Origin: Pelomyxa schiedti
Taxonomy: Eukaryota > Protista > Evosea
Assembly: GCA_020536535.1 (NCBI GenBank)
Contig: JAHLWZ010000796.1
Span: forward strand, 91,120 to 155,119
Direction of reading: 5' to 3'
Length of the DNA: 64,000 bases
In this document: positions 23,881 to 35,446 of the stretch, one piece after another
Layout: every line of letters starts with the position of its first letter
How positions within the stretch are numbered: the stretch's first letter is position 1
Program-made: the position numbers and the translations under genes
The notes under the pieces: model-generated
What the model was told of the DNA's origin: nothing
What the model saw: the letters and a program-made list of their open reading frames with translations, nothing else
The model's database searches: none

Positions 23881-26877
23881 TTAGAGTTTGTGGGGTCTTG
23901 TTGAACTCGGAGACAGTAGGCAGAGAATGCCTATGAGAAGGTCCTTGTGAAGGTGCCCTATGGTATAGGAACAGGGAGAGGAAGTTTGTATTGCAGAGAA
24001 TTTCCAGCACAGTAGGACCTGAATAACTACTTTTCGTAGCCACGGAGCACAATCCCGGTGTGATGCTGGGGTCCAGTAGCATTCTGCCGAGAATTTCGCA
24101 ATCGCGGGAAGCTGGGCCCATTTTCCAAGGGAGTCCAGGTGCTGCCGGCTTGTGAGCTGTGCTCCCCAGCGCCACAGAATGTCCGCGATGTCAATGGACT
24201 TCCGGCGAATGGCTAGGTAAAGGTGGTCCGAGTGCGGTACGGCCCCATAATCTAGCAGCAGCTTCACGACGTGTACGTTGGTGCTCTTGATGGAGTACCT
24301 GAGTGGAGTGCGTGGCTCGGGGGTGTTTGGGTCCGCGCCGGCTTTGAGGAGCATCTCTGTTTGGTCGGGGGAGTATCTGACTGCTGTAATCAGTGTATCC
24401 GCACTTGGCTCGGCTCCGCGCTGCAGAAGAAGTGAAGTCATTTGGGAACTTGACTTGTATGAGCACACAATGGAGTGCCGGAGGTGTTCTGTATTTGGAT
24501 GTGTTAGGAACTTTTGTACAAGCGGTAGCGAGCCCGCCTTAATTGATTCTATCAACGCAGACGAAGCTGCCGAAGAACATTGGGATGATAGGGTACGAGT
24601 GAAAGCTTGGGAAAAAAGTGAACAGAGGTCATCAATCCAACTTAATGGCTTGAAACCTGAAATTGAGGACTGAAGTTGATTGGCTTTCTTTACCAAAGCA
24701 GACAACAAACGAATAGTTGGTGTACTGGTAATTTTTGTGCGTATCAGCTCAAGGAAAGGGGGTCTTTGGTCTTCTTGGAGAAGAATAAGTATATTGGCGG
24801 CGGCTTTTGCAGTCTTTGTATTAGATACTGCTTTAATTGAGCAGGTGAGAAATGCGCGTAGCAACTGAAAACCCACAAGAGAAAGATGACTTCCAGACAA
24901 ACTAGAAAGGATCTCCAGTGCTGTGACAGTGTGTGGGGACTGAGATTCACAGCATGATGTTATTACCTTCTTAATATTCTCAGGAATCTTCAGCAAGGAA
25001 AACAGTTTGGTAAAATGTTGGGCATCAATATGTACTACTCTCTTTCCGTCATTGATAGTCTTTAGAATGACATCAACTAACAGGGTTTCTTGTTCTGGTG
25101 TTGGTATGAGGATTGTATTTGCAAGAACGCAAACAGCTGCTGGCAGAGTAACAGATTGACTTCCTGCTTGCAAACTTGACACTACACATTCATAAATTTC
25201 ATTTCTTTGTGAGCTTGTATAAGTGGTTGGATTTGTACGCTTCAATAGAGTACATATACAGCCTACAGTTAAACATTTATATATTGTGCATGTGGTTGTA
25301 TGCTTCATAAGAGCTGGAATGAGCACTGAACTTAATTCAGCTGAGATTGACCCAAATCGTTCCTGTTTCGCAATAATTCCCCATTTTTCTTGGCGTGCAT
25401 GAGCTTGCCTCGACGAAGTTAGAGATGCACATGAACTGGAGATGATGTCTGCATCGTGAACAGCCGAGTTCTGAATAAGTGTTATGCCTAACAGTGGTGT
25501 GCTGCGTTCTATGAACTTCCTCACATCTGGAATACGCAGCAATATTGACTCCTCCATCAAAGTCAACAGGTTTGATGGTTGTGGTACCGTATTTTGGTAT
25601 TTGAAAATCTTTTGGAGAGCACAAGAGAGGGCATTGCAAGAGATTGACGAGAAGGTGCCCTCACAGAGACCTTTTAAAGATGTAAAAAGTAGTTCTTTAA
25701 TAGGTTGTTTCAAAAGTGTTATCGCGCTCTCATTGGTAGCGAATTTGGAAAAGATGTGAGGGATAAAGTGAAAAATTAGTGGATCACTGGTTTCTATCAG
25801 GTGATTGAGGCACAAAAGGTTCCAATTCCTATCTATGCATACAGTGAACACAAGAAACTTCGCCAGGTGGCCGGCGACATAGTTTTGATGAACAACACTC
25901 TCTTTGCCCATCCAGTTCAGCATGTGCATAGCCGCCGCCTGCAGTCCTTCCCTTATGGGATGTTCCAAATCCAGCCACAACGCCGGGCAGTTCCTTGCCC
26001 TTCTCGCAAACGATGCAAGCAGCATGGAAGCACCCACCACGTGCCCCTCATCAGCACCAACGTCCATGGTGTCATTAATCTCATCAGACTCACTGCTCGT
26101 CGAATAGCTATCGAACGGTTCCCCGCCATTTTCGCCATCTTCCTCATCCTCATCATCACCGTCACCATTGTCAGAGTCACCATCGGCGTTAGCATCGGCA
26201 TCGGAATCACCACTTGTGCCTGGTGAGGTTTCCCTGAGCTTCTTGTGGTACCTGACAATGTGGCGGCGGATTGTCAGCATCAAGGTCAGCAGTGACATCT
26301 CAGGCATCGCGGCCAGCATGAACCTGGCCTCCCTGCCCGACGCAGTGCGGCACAGGAACACCCGCTCCATCACTCTCCTCCCAATGACCCCCCCACTGCG
26401 GCTGGTTTTCCCCACTCGCGAGGGAGGCGCCGGGACGAGGGCCTCGTAGCGGGCCAGGTGAGGAGCCAAAGCGGCCGGCCAGTCCCAGTCCTTGTCCCTG
26501 TACAAAGGCAACCACCGCGACGCCGAGTCCGAGTCCGCGCCGCCTCGGGAGGAGCAGGAGGAGCAGCAGCTGGCGCTGGCGGGCAGGCCGGCGCCGCCGC
26601 GCCCCACTGGCTCCGCTGCGTCCCCGCTCGCGGCAGACTCTGCAAGGGAAGGAGCGGGACCCTGCGCGGGCGGAAGCCGCGCGGAATCGGGGGCGCGAGA
26701 GCGGGCCAGGGACACGGCGGACGCGGCGTCGGCGCGCTGGCGGAGGCGCGTCTGCTGGGCGCGGGAGGACACCACGGTCGCGGCGTCGTTCCACTTGGGT
26801 TCGTTGGTGCGCCTGTCCGGCAACTGATGACTGCCGTTGCTGTTGTCCTGCGTCTCTCTGGCTTCTGTTGTTTTCAT
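23881..26877 (-). CDS. Intronless ~1000-aa protein: low-complexity/acidic N-terminus, helical-repeat middle, ankyrin repeats, C-terminal F-box-like tail
   Basis: Single ORF whose first ATG is at 26877. Ankyrin repeats MLLKAGADPN, TPLRYSIKSTNVHVVKLLLDYGA and HLYLAIRRKSIDIADILWRWGA. Tail YWTPASH...LRKVVIQVLLCW...HLHKDLLIGILCLL. Confidence 0.8.
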   Translation of the reverse strand: MKTTEARETQDNSNGSHQLPDRRTNEPKWNDAATVVSSRAQQTRLRQRADAASAVSLARSRAPDSARLPPAQGPAPSLAESAASGDAAEPVGRGGAGLPASASCCSSCSSRGGADSDSASRWLPLYRDKDWDWPAALAPHLARYEALVPAPPSRVGKTSRSGGVIGRRVMERVFLCRTASGREARFMLAAMPEMSLLTLMLTIRRHIVRYHKKLRETSPGTSGDSDADANADGDSDNGDGDDEDEEDGENGGEPFDSYSTSSESDEINDTMDVGADEGHVVGASMLLASFARRARNCPALWLDLEHPIREGLQAAAMHMLNWMGKESVVHQNYVAGHLAKFLVFTVCIDRNWNLLCLNHLIETSDPLIFHFIPHIFSKFATNESAITLLKQPIKELLFTSLKGLCEGTFSSISCNALSCALQKIFKYQNTVPQPSNLLTLMEESILLRIPDVRKFIERSTPLLGITLIQNSAVHDADIISSSCASLTSSRQAHARQEKWGIIAKQERFGSISAELSSVLIPALMKHTTTCTIYKCLTVGCICTLLKRTNPTTYTSSQRNEIYECVVSSLQAGSQSVTLPAAVCVLANTILIPTPEQETLLVDVILKTINDGKRVVHIDAQHFTKLFSLLKIPENIKKVITSCCESQSPHTVTALEILSSLSGSHLSLVGFQLLRAFLTCSIKAVSNTKTAKAAANILILLQEDQRPPFLELIRTKITSTPTIRLLSALVKKANQLQSSISGFKPLSWIDDLCSLFSQAFTRTLSSQCSSAASSALIESIKAGSLPLVQKFLTHPNTEHLRHSIVCSYKSSSQMTSLLLQRGAEPSADTLITAVRYSPDQTEMLLKAGADPNTPEPRTPLRYSIKSTNVHVVKLLLDYGAVPHSDHLYLAIRRKSIDIADILWRWGAQLTSRQHLDSLGKWAQLPAIAKFSAECYWTPASHRDCAPWLRKVVIQVLLCWKFSAIQTSSPCSYTIGHLHKDLLIGILCLLSPSSTRPHKL

Positions 26878-26939
26878 CGCATTTCTCTGAACTTGACGTT
26901 TCGTCTGCACCGAATTTTTTCGTGCTCCTTCTTAGCACC
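26878..26939. promoter_or_regulatory. Putative ~62-bp bidirectional promoter
   Basis: Divergent ATGs at 26877 (minus strand) and 26940 (plus strand). Confidence 0.55.
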
Positions 26940-29847
26940 ATGCCGGCTGTGAGGTTGTGGCTGTTGCTGCTGTGTGTTTTGGGTCTGCAGTTTGTCGTTA
27001 TGGGACGACCCGCTGCTGGGAGTGGTGGGGGGTGTGAGTTTAGAAACGCTTCAGAAATAGAGCGACTCTACGTGGTCTGGTCTAATCACTTTGATGCTGG
27101 GTAGAATTCTTTCTATCTTTCTATTTGTTTCGTCTTAGGGACCAATTTTAAGGTTCACTGATTACTTGGTCAAAGTTCTTGACAAGTAAAACTTCTTTTT
27201 TTTTTTTTGCCCATAGGAAACACATGATTAAGGTACTTTAACCATTTCTTTCCCTTGGCTGTTCGGACTGTTAATGAACTGGACAATCGAGATACAGAAG
27301 ATTATTACATTTGGACTTGTGAAGCCCCTTGGGGAATGTCCATATATTTGGATGATAACTGTGACCAGTTACTGGTACCACAACAGATGGGGGAGCTCAA
27401 CTGCCCCACTGCATTGGACCGAAAGTCTGTTATTGATACTATCAATGTTCATTCCCCCGATTCTCCTGCCACCCAACCTGCTTGACAGAGTGGAAACATC
27501 ACTTGGGGAGCTCTTCCTTTTACTCCAGAAACAGAACTATTTGATGCCTCGCTATTGGCAGAAGCACTTGACTTGAACCAGCGAATTGATAGAATGCTTG
27601 GTAGGAATTCGTCCATAGTGATGAATCAAAGAGACGTTCCCATGCTCACTCGCGCAGGTTTGCATTTCCTCCTTTCTGCGAGCTCACAAAGCACATTCTC
27701 GCAGCAATCCCGGTTCTAAATTCGAAGGGAATAAGAGCTATATCTATTGGAGTAAATGGAGCAACACCACCAGCTGGTACCTCCAGTCCTTTCGTATGGC
27801 GTGACCCCATTAGGTGTGCAGTGAATGGAATCTAGTTTCTTTTCTCAGTTCATTCAACCAGTGGTGGCGAAGTAATCGTATTTGTGCACGCAGGAGGCTA
27901 TGGTGGAATTATGCCAGAAGATTTAGTGTGTGTTGACGGTTGGACAACAGCACTTGCCACCTACTGGCATGGGGATAATGACGGCCCCCAGTATGCCGCT
28001 GAGGTTCAAAGCATATATGCAGGATTACGAGACATGTACAAAAACGCTCAAATAATCACCGGGTCTCTGGACGACTATGTCAGAGAGTTGGAGACAATAA
28101 AGGTGAAACATTTGGCAGTTCCAGTTCCATAATCTAACAATCCACAGAGCCAACTCCCTGTTGTCACTACAGAGTTTGGAGACAGTTGGATTTATGGTGT
28201 ACCTTCTGATCCATATAAGAATGCTAAATATTCTACAATCTCTCGATTAAGAAAGCAATGCGTTCTGAATGGTGAAAGTGAATGCAACTCTGACACAAAC
28301 CCTGCTTTTGCTGCTTTCAACTTATTGCTTGTGAAGTCAACCGAGCACACTTGGGGATTGAGTGTATTTGCATTTTGTTTTGTACTTTTTCCCACCTTAC
28401 CCAGGTCAATGACTATCTGGCTGATTATACAAACTGGTCAAATGAAAATTTCAATTCTGTTAGGAACCAGTCCAATTTCGTTTCAATGGAAGATTCATGG
28501 AGAGAACAGCGTGAATACCTTGACAATGCGGTGCTCTCCCTTGGTTCAGCTTCCCCTCTGGCAGATGCTATTGAGGACGCACTAACAGAAGTACGACTAT
28601 CCCTTTTAATTGTGCTGAGCTGCTATAGTTACTTCCTACTATTCCAAATCCATCAGCCAGTGGCTATATCTCAGTTCCTTTGAATTCAGTATTCGAGTGC
28701 AATAACTTGGTGTACGAATTTGACACACAAAGTGGAGGAATAGCTTCTCTCAAAAATTCCCTATCTGGAACCAGCTGGGCAAGCTCTGATCATCAGATCG
28801 CTTCTTTGGTCTACCAGGTGATACATCGGGTGTTTTCAATCAATTCTTATGTAAGCAGACATTTGATGAAGATGATTACAACAATTACTTCAACGATTAC
28901 TTTTACCAGCAGGTCATCTTCCCAATTTTAGGAAAAAACTCTTAATCATCATGATAGCCTCCTCCCGATTGGATGAAAAATGGTTCTTCGATCCCTCAAT
29001 GTTTATTGTTAATGCTACAACAGATTTTGGAAAGACCGGAGTTGAAGTTGGCAATCCAGAGCATGGCACATGGTACCCTTCTTTGGCAGCTCTATGGCAA
29101 CGCAACAATGACGGTTGCGACGTAATTGCTGAATTGTCATTCCCACTTGAAGCTGCAACAAATTATGGTGCCCCTATTCATGCTTGGCTTGCAGTCGAGT
29201 CAACTACTGACTCTGACTCCTCTACACTGTCACTCACCCTCACTATCTCTAACAAGACAGCTTCCCGCCTTCCAGAATCCTGCTTCTTCTCATTCAATCC
29301 TGATACTACATCCCAACCCGGTTCGTGGTGGATTGTGAAGGTAAACACACAAATAAACAATCTCCACTCGAACACACAATTCTTTCCCTTTCCCCACAAA
29401 ACAGCTCCCAATTGACAAAACATGCAGGTTGGTGAACCCGTGGACCCGCTTGACGTCGGGGTGAATGGCTCTAGCCACCTTCACGCCATTGACACCTCTG
29501 ATGCATGGCCGGGCCAAAGCGGTGGATGGAATTCTGCATATGGAGAAGCCAATTCCCACACACCCTTGTTTGCTGTTGCCTCTGTGGATGTGCCCCTTAT
29601 CACTGTTGACATCCTTAGCCCCTTCCCAACCCCTCTTACTCCTCTGAATTCCGTTGGTAATGGTGTTGCCTACAATATTTGGAACAACATTTGGTGTGTC
29701 CCCAAATTGATCCTGAACTAGTTATTTCCTCCCTTTTCTCACTAACGCCTCGTTTATCTCAGGGGAACAAACTATGTACAGTGGTTTCCTTTCATGATGG
29801 AAGGCGAGGGGGCCTATGCTTTCCGTTTTAATGTTCTTGCTTCTTAA
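26940..29847 (+). CDS. Secreted DUF5054 / GH38-like glycoside hydrolase superfamily protein
   Basis: Signal peptide MPAVRLWLLLLCVLGLQFVVMG. Motifs LYVVWSNHFDAG, GNITWGALPFTPETELFDASLL...MNQRDVPMLTR, WHGDNDGP, LLVKSTEHTWG, TASRLPESCFFSFNP and YNIWNNIWGTNYVQWFP. Confidence 0.78.
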
Positions 29848-29903
29848 ACAAAAACCCAAAAAAAAGTTGAAACTTTTTCTCTTTTCCCACAGCAATAGGG
29901 GCT

Positions 29904-32761
29904 TTAGAAAACATATTGTTCATCACATATTTCCTGCAAGTCAACAACAGCCATATCAGCCTCGTAATGTAATGCTTTCTGAACAATGAAGGTGGTATTT
30001 GGAGATAATAGTATCTCGTCCTCACATCTGACATAAGATAGAGGGCACAAATCCCTTCCTGTAAGTATTGACAATCTAAATACTACACCCCCTTCAGTAG
30101 TGCCTGTTCCAGCAAAGTTGTATTTAGCCACATTGAGAGATGTAGTGGAAGATGAGAACCCAGTCCATCTCACTAGTCTTCCAAGGCGGTATTCTGACCG
30201 AATGCTATCGAATATAGACGGTCCAGATGATGACCTCAGTCCTGAATCTACTGAAGGCTGACGCACACCGCGATAAACAGTTGTTACAACTGCAGGAAGC
30301 TTAGCTAACGCGGAAAGCAAGTGGAATAGATAGCCACGCCAGGCTGCCATTTTCTGTGCCTAAAGAGATAGAATTCCATTAGTTTTGTTGGACTACATGG
30401 AATAAGCAACCAAGTGGCTGTTTACCTTTCTTTGACGGAGGTCATCATTGAGTGCAAAATACAAGTTGTCTTTTGGGGACTCGGCGGCCATTCCAAGATC
30501 AAAAGTATACAATGTGATTGCAAGCAGGTCATCTTCTGTAAGGTTTGCAGATCGCAAGGATACCTTCAAGGTGTGAGACAACTTGAAGTTGTCTGAGGTT
30601 TTCACCCAACTGGAAGACCGGAACTCAGGTCACGGACAAATAGCTTGCATGTCTTCACCATGTACTGGAGCATTGGTAGCTGCAGTTGACTCTCATGGCT
30701 TAATAACTCAGTCTCAACAGAGGATGGCGTAAAGCCCGGTGGGAATCGTAAGTAATCCCGCAGAGATAAAACTTCATCCACAGAGTCCAAAATCCTGGAA
30801 GATGATGGGGTTTTTGTTTCAGCTGCTGTGAGTATTCCGGGAGGAGGCCGGGCGGCAGCAGAAGAAGCTGCAGAATCTCGCTGATTCAGGTCAGAAGCAT
30901 CTCTTCTATTTAGATCTTCTCCTTGTGCTGTTGCCGTATCAGTGCGGGTAGAGGTGCTAGTAGTCGGTGTTGTAAAAGTAGTTGAACTTGTCCTCAGCGG
31001 TGTAGGGAAAGAGGGCAAGGGGGTGGTGGTCGGGCATTCACATGACGTTTTATCACAAGTGGCATCACATATGGTGGCAATACTTGTGATACTTTTCTTG
31101 CATAAAGGACACAGAGGTTCTCTTTTTGAGACTCCTTTTCCACACGAGCCACATATTTGATGCATGCACTCAAGAAGCAGAAGAGTAATCGGTGCAGCAT
31201 AGCACACCTGCGCGGGTAATCAAACAGAATAGTTGAGACATGGTTTTACCTTGCACATTATTGAAGCTTCATCTGGCATTATTGGAAGGTGGGCAAGTGG
31301 TGTGAGACTGTGTTGATAGGTGACAAACGTAGGTGTGCAGTGTACTAGAGGAGGATGCTCAATTAAACTGGGATCCGCATGGCACCAGAATTGCCAGTTC
31401 CACTTATTATATTCACCACAATGAAGTTCACAAAGAGTATTCTTCTTTGATCTAAAGGTAACATTAAATATGCATATTCCTAGTGATTAGGAAACCTGTA
31501 GAAGATGTGCTTTGTGGTGGAAAGGCAAAGTCCTGATGTATCTTTGAAAACGAAGAGGATAAAGAGTCAGTGCCATTAGAAGTCAGGCTACATGAATACC
31601 CAATGCAGGCTCGCCTTGAATGTGAACAAAATCCATCAACTCCCACTTCCAAGCGTTATAGGAGCCTCTATGAAACTCTAATACTATGCCGCTTGTGCTA
31701 CATGTAACAAGAGACTGCTGGAACTCCGACATGAAAACCTTAGGGCACACAGTTATTGGGGGAACAGGGCGGCCAGAAGACTGAATAATGGTAATGATTT
31801 TATTCACTACCCAGTGCCCAAATTCCCAGTGAATATTATAACTGGAGAGAGATTAGACCAGCTCAAAAACCGATTTCACTAAGTATGATTAGGACTTACA
31901 TTTCATTGTCATGAATAAACACAAGTGTCTTATATCCCTGTGCATAGGAAATCTGGCCATTTTTAACAGCAGGCAAGTTTAGGTCTTGTCCAATACTGTA
32001 ACCCTGCCAATTCCAATTATTGTATGTGCCTGGGATATCAGTCTAGCAAAACGGTTATCAATATGGACAAACCTTGATGCAATTCTTGTAGATTTCCAGA
32101 GCCATCGAAGTAAAAGATATGTGTTGAATCTTTCAATCCAATAGCAGCAAGACAGCTTCCAGGTAATACACCAACAATATGGCCAGCCATCTTATCAACT
32201 CTGCTGGTGCTCCAAATATCATTTGAAAAGTTTAGTTCCCAAACTCCATTGTCTTCTGCTGTCTGAAATGATAAGCAAGAATATTTCCATCTTGGAATTT
32301 ACGAAGAAGAGCCGTTTTCCTCTGTCATTTACTATCAAAGCTGGGTCACATGTTGCCTTTGGGTGCCTCATTCCAATTCTAACGCATTCAGAGATTCCAC
32401 ATGAGTCAGGTGTCCATCCATTGTATTCACCAGTGTGATACTCATACAACAAGCCGTTTTCTTCTTGTATTAATGGGGGGGGAAAAAAAAGGCAATGTGT
32501 CATAATTACCTCCACGAAAGAACACATGATAAGAAGAATTAGAAACATACACAGCACAAGAATTCTGAATAACGGTAAGTAACGAAGGGGAAAGGGAAAA
32601 AAAAAAAAAAAAAAAGAGGAAGGAACAACGAAAGGGGCAGCGGGGCAAGGAGGCCTGGTTTTTGCCATGGCATCGAAACAACACCATCTCCACTGCCACC
32701 CTCCTTCTGCATTCTTATGCGTAGCGCACACGCGACCACCGCTTACCCACACCCCCAACAT
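29904..32761 (-). CDS. Lectin-like beta-propeller repeats + RING finger + R-S-E type mono-ADP-ribosyltransferase
   Basis: Repeats LLYEYHTGEYNGW, VLEFHRGSYNAWKW and LCELHCGEYNKWNW, with HVFFRGG, HIFYFDGSGNLQEL and PALIV. RING CKVC...LLLECMHQICGSC...CPLCK. ART motifs AITLYT, LNDDLR, VYRG, FSSSTT and EDEILLSP. Confidence 0.75.
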
Positions 32762-32922
32762 GTCCGAGATCTAGATCTCTTGTACCGTTTCAAAAACCAA
32801 CCGTGCGCTTTTCCAGGTGCAGGAGAATTTCTCAGGTCATCAAAGATCAACAACAAGAGATCTAAAATTCCGGAGGAAGCAGAGAAAAAGTTTTGATAGG
32901 AGGAGGTGGTGTTGAGATCTCC

Positions 32923-35197
32923 TCAATTAGACACATCTGTGAGTTCATTGTGGAGATAGCGTTGTTGTTTGACTAGGATGTGGCGTATGGGCTTGTACAG
33001 ATCCCTGTGGTGTTCCTCTGTGTACTCTGACAAGAAGGAACCAACACCAAATCCAGCAACTCCCCCAGAAGATTGGTCAGGCTCAGAGCTCACGGCTGGC
33101 TTGTCAACGCTGAAGTAGCAGTTGGCCTGGCACACATTGGCACAGAACTTGACTGGAATCAGAATCCGGGTGTAGTGTCCTTTCCTTATCTGTCAATCGT
33201 GATGAATTATTCGTTTGTAGTAGTACATTGTATGTGTATTTTTATGTGTGGTGCCAATGTAGTGTTGTAATGGAGTGCAAAATAGTAAGAGCGGAGATAC
33301 CCCTTCATATTCGTCAAGTCCAATTAGGGTTTCATCATCTATTTCCCATAATTCACCTTTAATTCTATGTCCTTGTCCTGAAGCCTTGTTATAATTTTCA
33401 AGTAAGGAGGGACAACCACAACCTGGAAGATTGCCAATCAAGTATGGAACTCCACATTCACCAATAACAAGAGGATAGGGTTTCACTGTGGAAGCAAGAG
33501 AAATATACTTGGATCGACTTAAAAACTTTTTGTTCCAGTGAAATCCCGTTTTGAGTGTGCCATAGACAAATAGCTTGTGTTTTGTTTCTTCTGGCTTTTT
33601 GGGGGTACTTTTCTTGTAGAAGACCATAATTAGCATAATTGCAAATACTGCTACAGACAAAATAGAAACGGTTGTGTGTCCCGATAATACCTGAAGGAGG
33701 GATGAGAATGGAAAGAGAAATGGAACTGATACCCCAAATAATATCACAAGAGCCCCCAAACCTACGGGGATAAAATACTTGACTGAGTTGAGGCCATCAC
33801 TCTTTGGAGATGGAGTTGGAGCTTTGCCTTTCACATGGCAACTGGTGATGGGAGGAGAATTTGGTCCAATATGTGAACTTGTATAAGCTCGGGAATCTTC
33901 AGGTGTCGCCTCTCTTGCACGCTGGTAAAATTCATAATATGGTTCATGCTTAGTTCTCCATCTATCTTCCCAGCAATCAACGAGTTGCTGGAGTCCCGGG
34001 TACTCGGTGCTTCTGAGTCTGAACTCCATTGGCCCATTTTCAAGGACTTCGGAGTCTTTCTAACACATGATGAGCGATACGGGAAGTGAAATGTCACTAC
34101 CTCCCAACGAAACATTGCAGGCCCGGTACACCTCAAGAAAGGTGACAGCTCTACCAAGACAACAGTACCATTGTCCTGAAGATAGCCAAGATCCATAATA
34201 TAGGAGGTCTCTCCTACATGCGTATGAATTTGAGCCCAAAAGTCAAGAAGAGCTTTTTGAATTGTATCACGCATGGCATGCAGGTGAGGGTAAACAGCAT
34301 AGTGATCATATTGAGATATAGCTGTAACCTTCCCATGACGCACAAACAATCGAAATTCGTAATCATATCTGAGGCGAGGTTCCCATCTTCTGAGTGCTAC
34401 CTGCTCAGGCTCGCCAAATTCCAACCAGTCACGTAAATCAACAAACACTCTTTCACTGCTCAATATGAGACTGAGAGCTTCAGCACCAGAAGTGACGCGC
34501 AGCAAGTGTACTCGCGACAGCGCTCCAGCTCGAGTGTTGGCATTATCTGGAAGTTTATCCTTTTCCAGCATTTCCGTGAGAATTGCATTATACTCTGGCA
34601 GAACTCGTTCTCTGTGAAGAGGCTCTGCATCTTTACTATCTTGATACAGTGAATATGCATAAAATTTTTTATGCAAACAAATAAAACCCAAGACTTATCC
34701 CAAAAAAAAAAAAAAAAAAAAAAAAACCATTAGATGGCAAAGTGGTGGACATACACAGAACGCCCACACAAACGCAAAAAAGCTCCGTCTGCCTCGAAGT
34801 TTTCGCGAACTATCTTATCCAAATCCACTTCCAGATTCTTCAGGATGCCAACATCCCTGTCAGTCAGAGGCGGGCCCGGCCTTTGCAAGTACCGCGTCTG
34901 ATAAAAGTGCAGAATGGCAATGGCCTCGCCCCTAGAGAGCGGGTGGAACACCGTATCGAAAGTGAAAGCCCGGAGCGCCGGGTACCACACGTCGATGTCG
35001 AACGCCAAATTTTCCTGCCGCAGGCGGTGCTCGCTGCCGATCATAAGCATTCTGCGGGCTCTCTCGTCTCGCCCCATCGTGTCCCAGTCCGTGCGTTCGT
35101 TAGGCGGATTCCCTTCTGCCTGTTGAATGGCAGACGACATAGAGGCAGTGGCTGGTTGACAAGTTTGTTGTTGGGCCGCTGGTGCGTTGTCTGTCAT
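32923..35197 (-). CDS. Cdc123/R2K-type ATP-grasp ligase fused via hydrophobic helices to a gamma-glutamylamine cyclotransferase (AIG2/GGACT) domain
   Basis: ATP-grasp motifs FLRLCGRS(V)KDA, LSSERVFVDL, LRRW, YEFRLFV...VTAISQY, YIMD, VELSPF and TGPAMFRWE. The intron at ~34045-34086 joins in frame to KDSEVLENGPMEFRLR. Then a hydrophobic segment and LFVYGTLKTG...YPLV...GELWEIDDETLIGLDEYEG. Confidence 0.85.
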
Positions 35198-35446
35198 CTT
35201 GAAGTCTTTCCGTTGAAGTGCACTTTGATCGATTTGGAAGAACGTTTACTGTTCTCTCAAGGTACACTACGCGTGTTGGAAGGGAGCCGGGGTTTTTTCG
35301 AGGTCTCTTTCTCTTCTTCGTTCCGTTGTTATTGCCTTTTAGTTTCCGACTCAAAACGCTTTGAGGCGATGACGCGGCATTTACTCAAACCGCCAAGTAC
35401 CCACGGTTCACGGAACTGTTGATACTGCTTTCACCCAACAGCGACA

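Noticed and set aside
26300-26952. Several overlapping Arg/Ala/Gly-rich ORFs on both strands
   Set aside because: They arise from stop-codon scarcity in the GC island of the ankyrin gene.
34742-35422. 226-aa plus-strand ORF
   Set aside because: Antisense to the first exon of the ATP-grasp gene, which has clear motifs on the minus strand.
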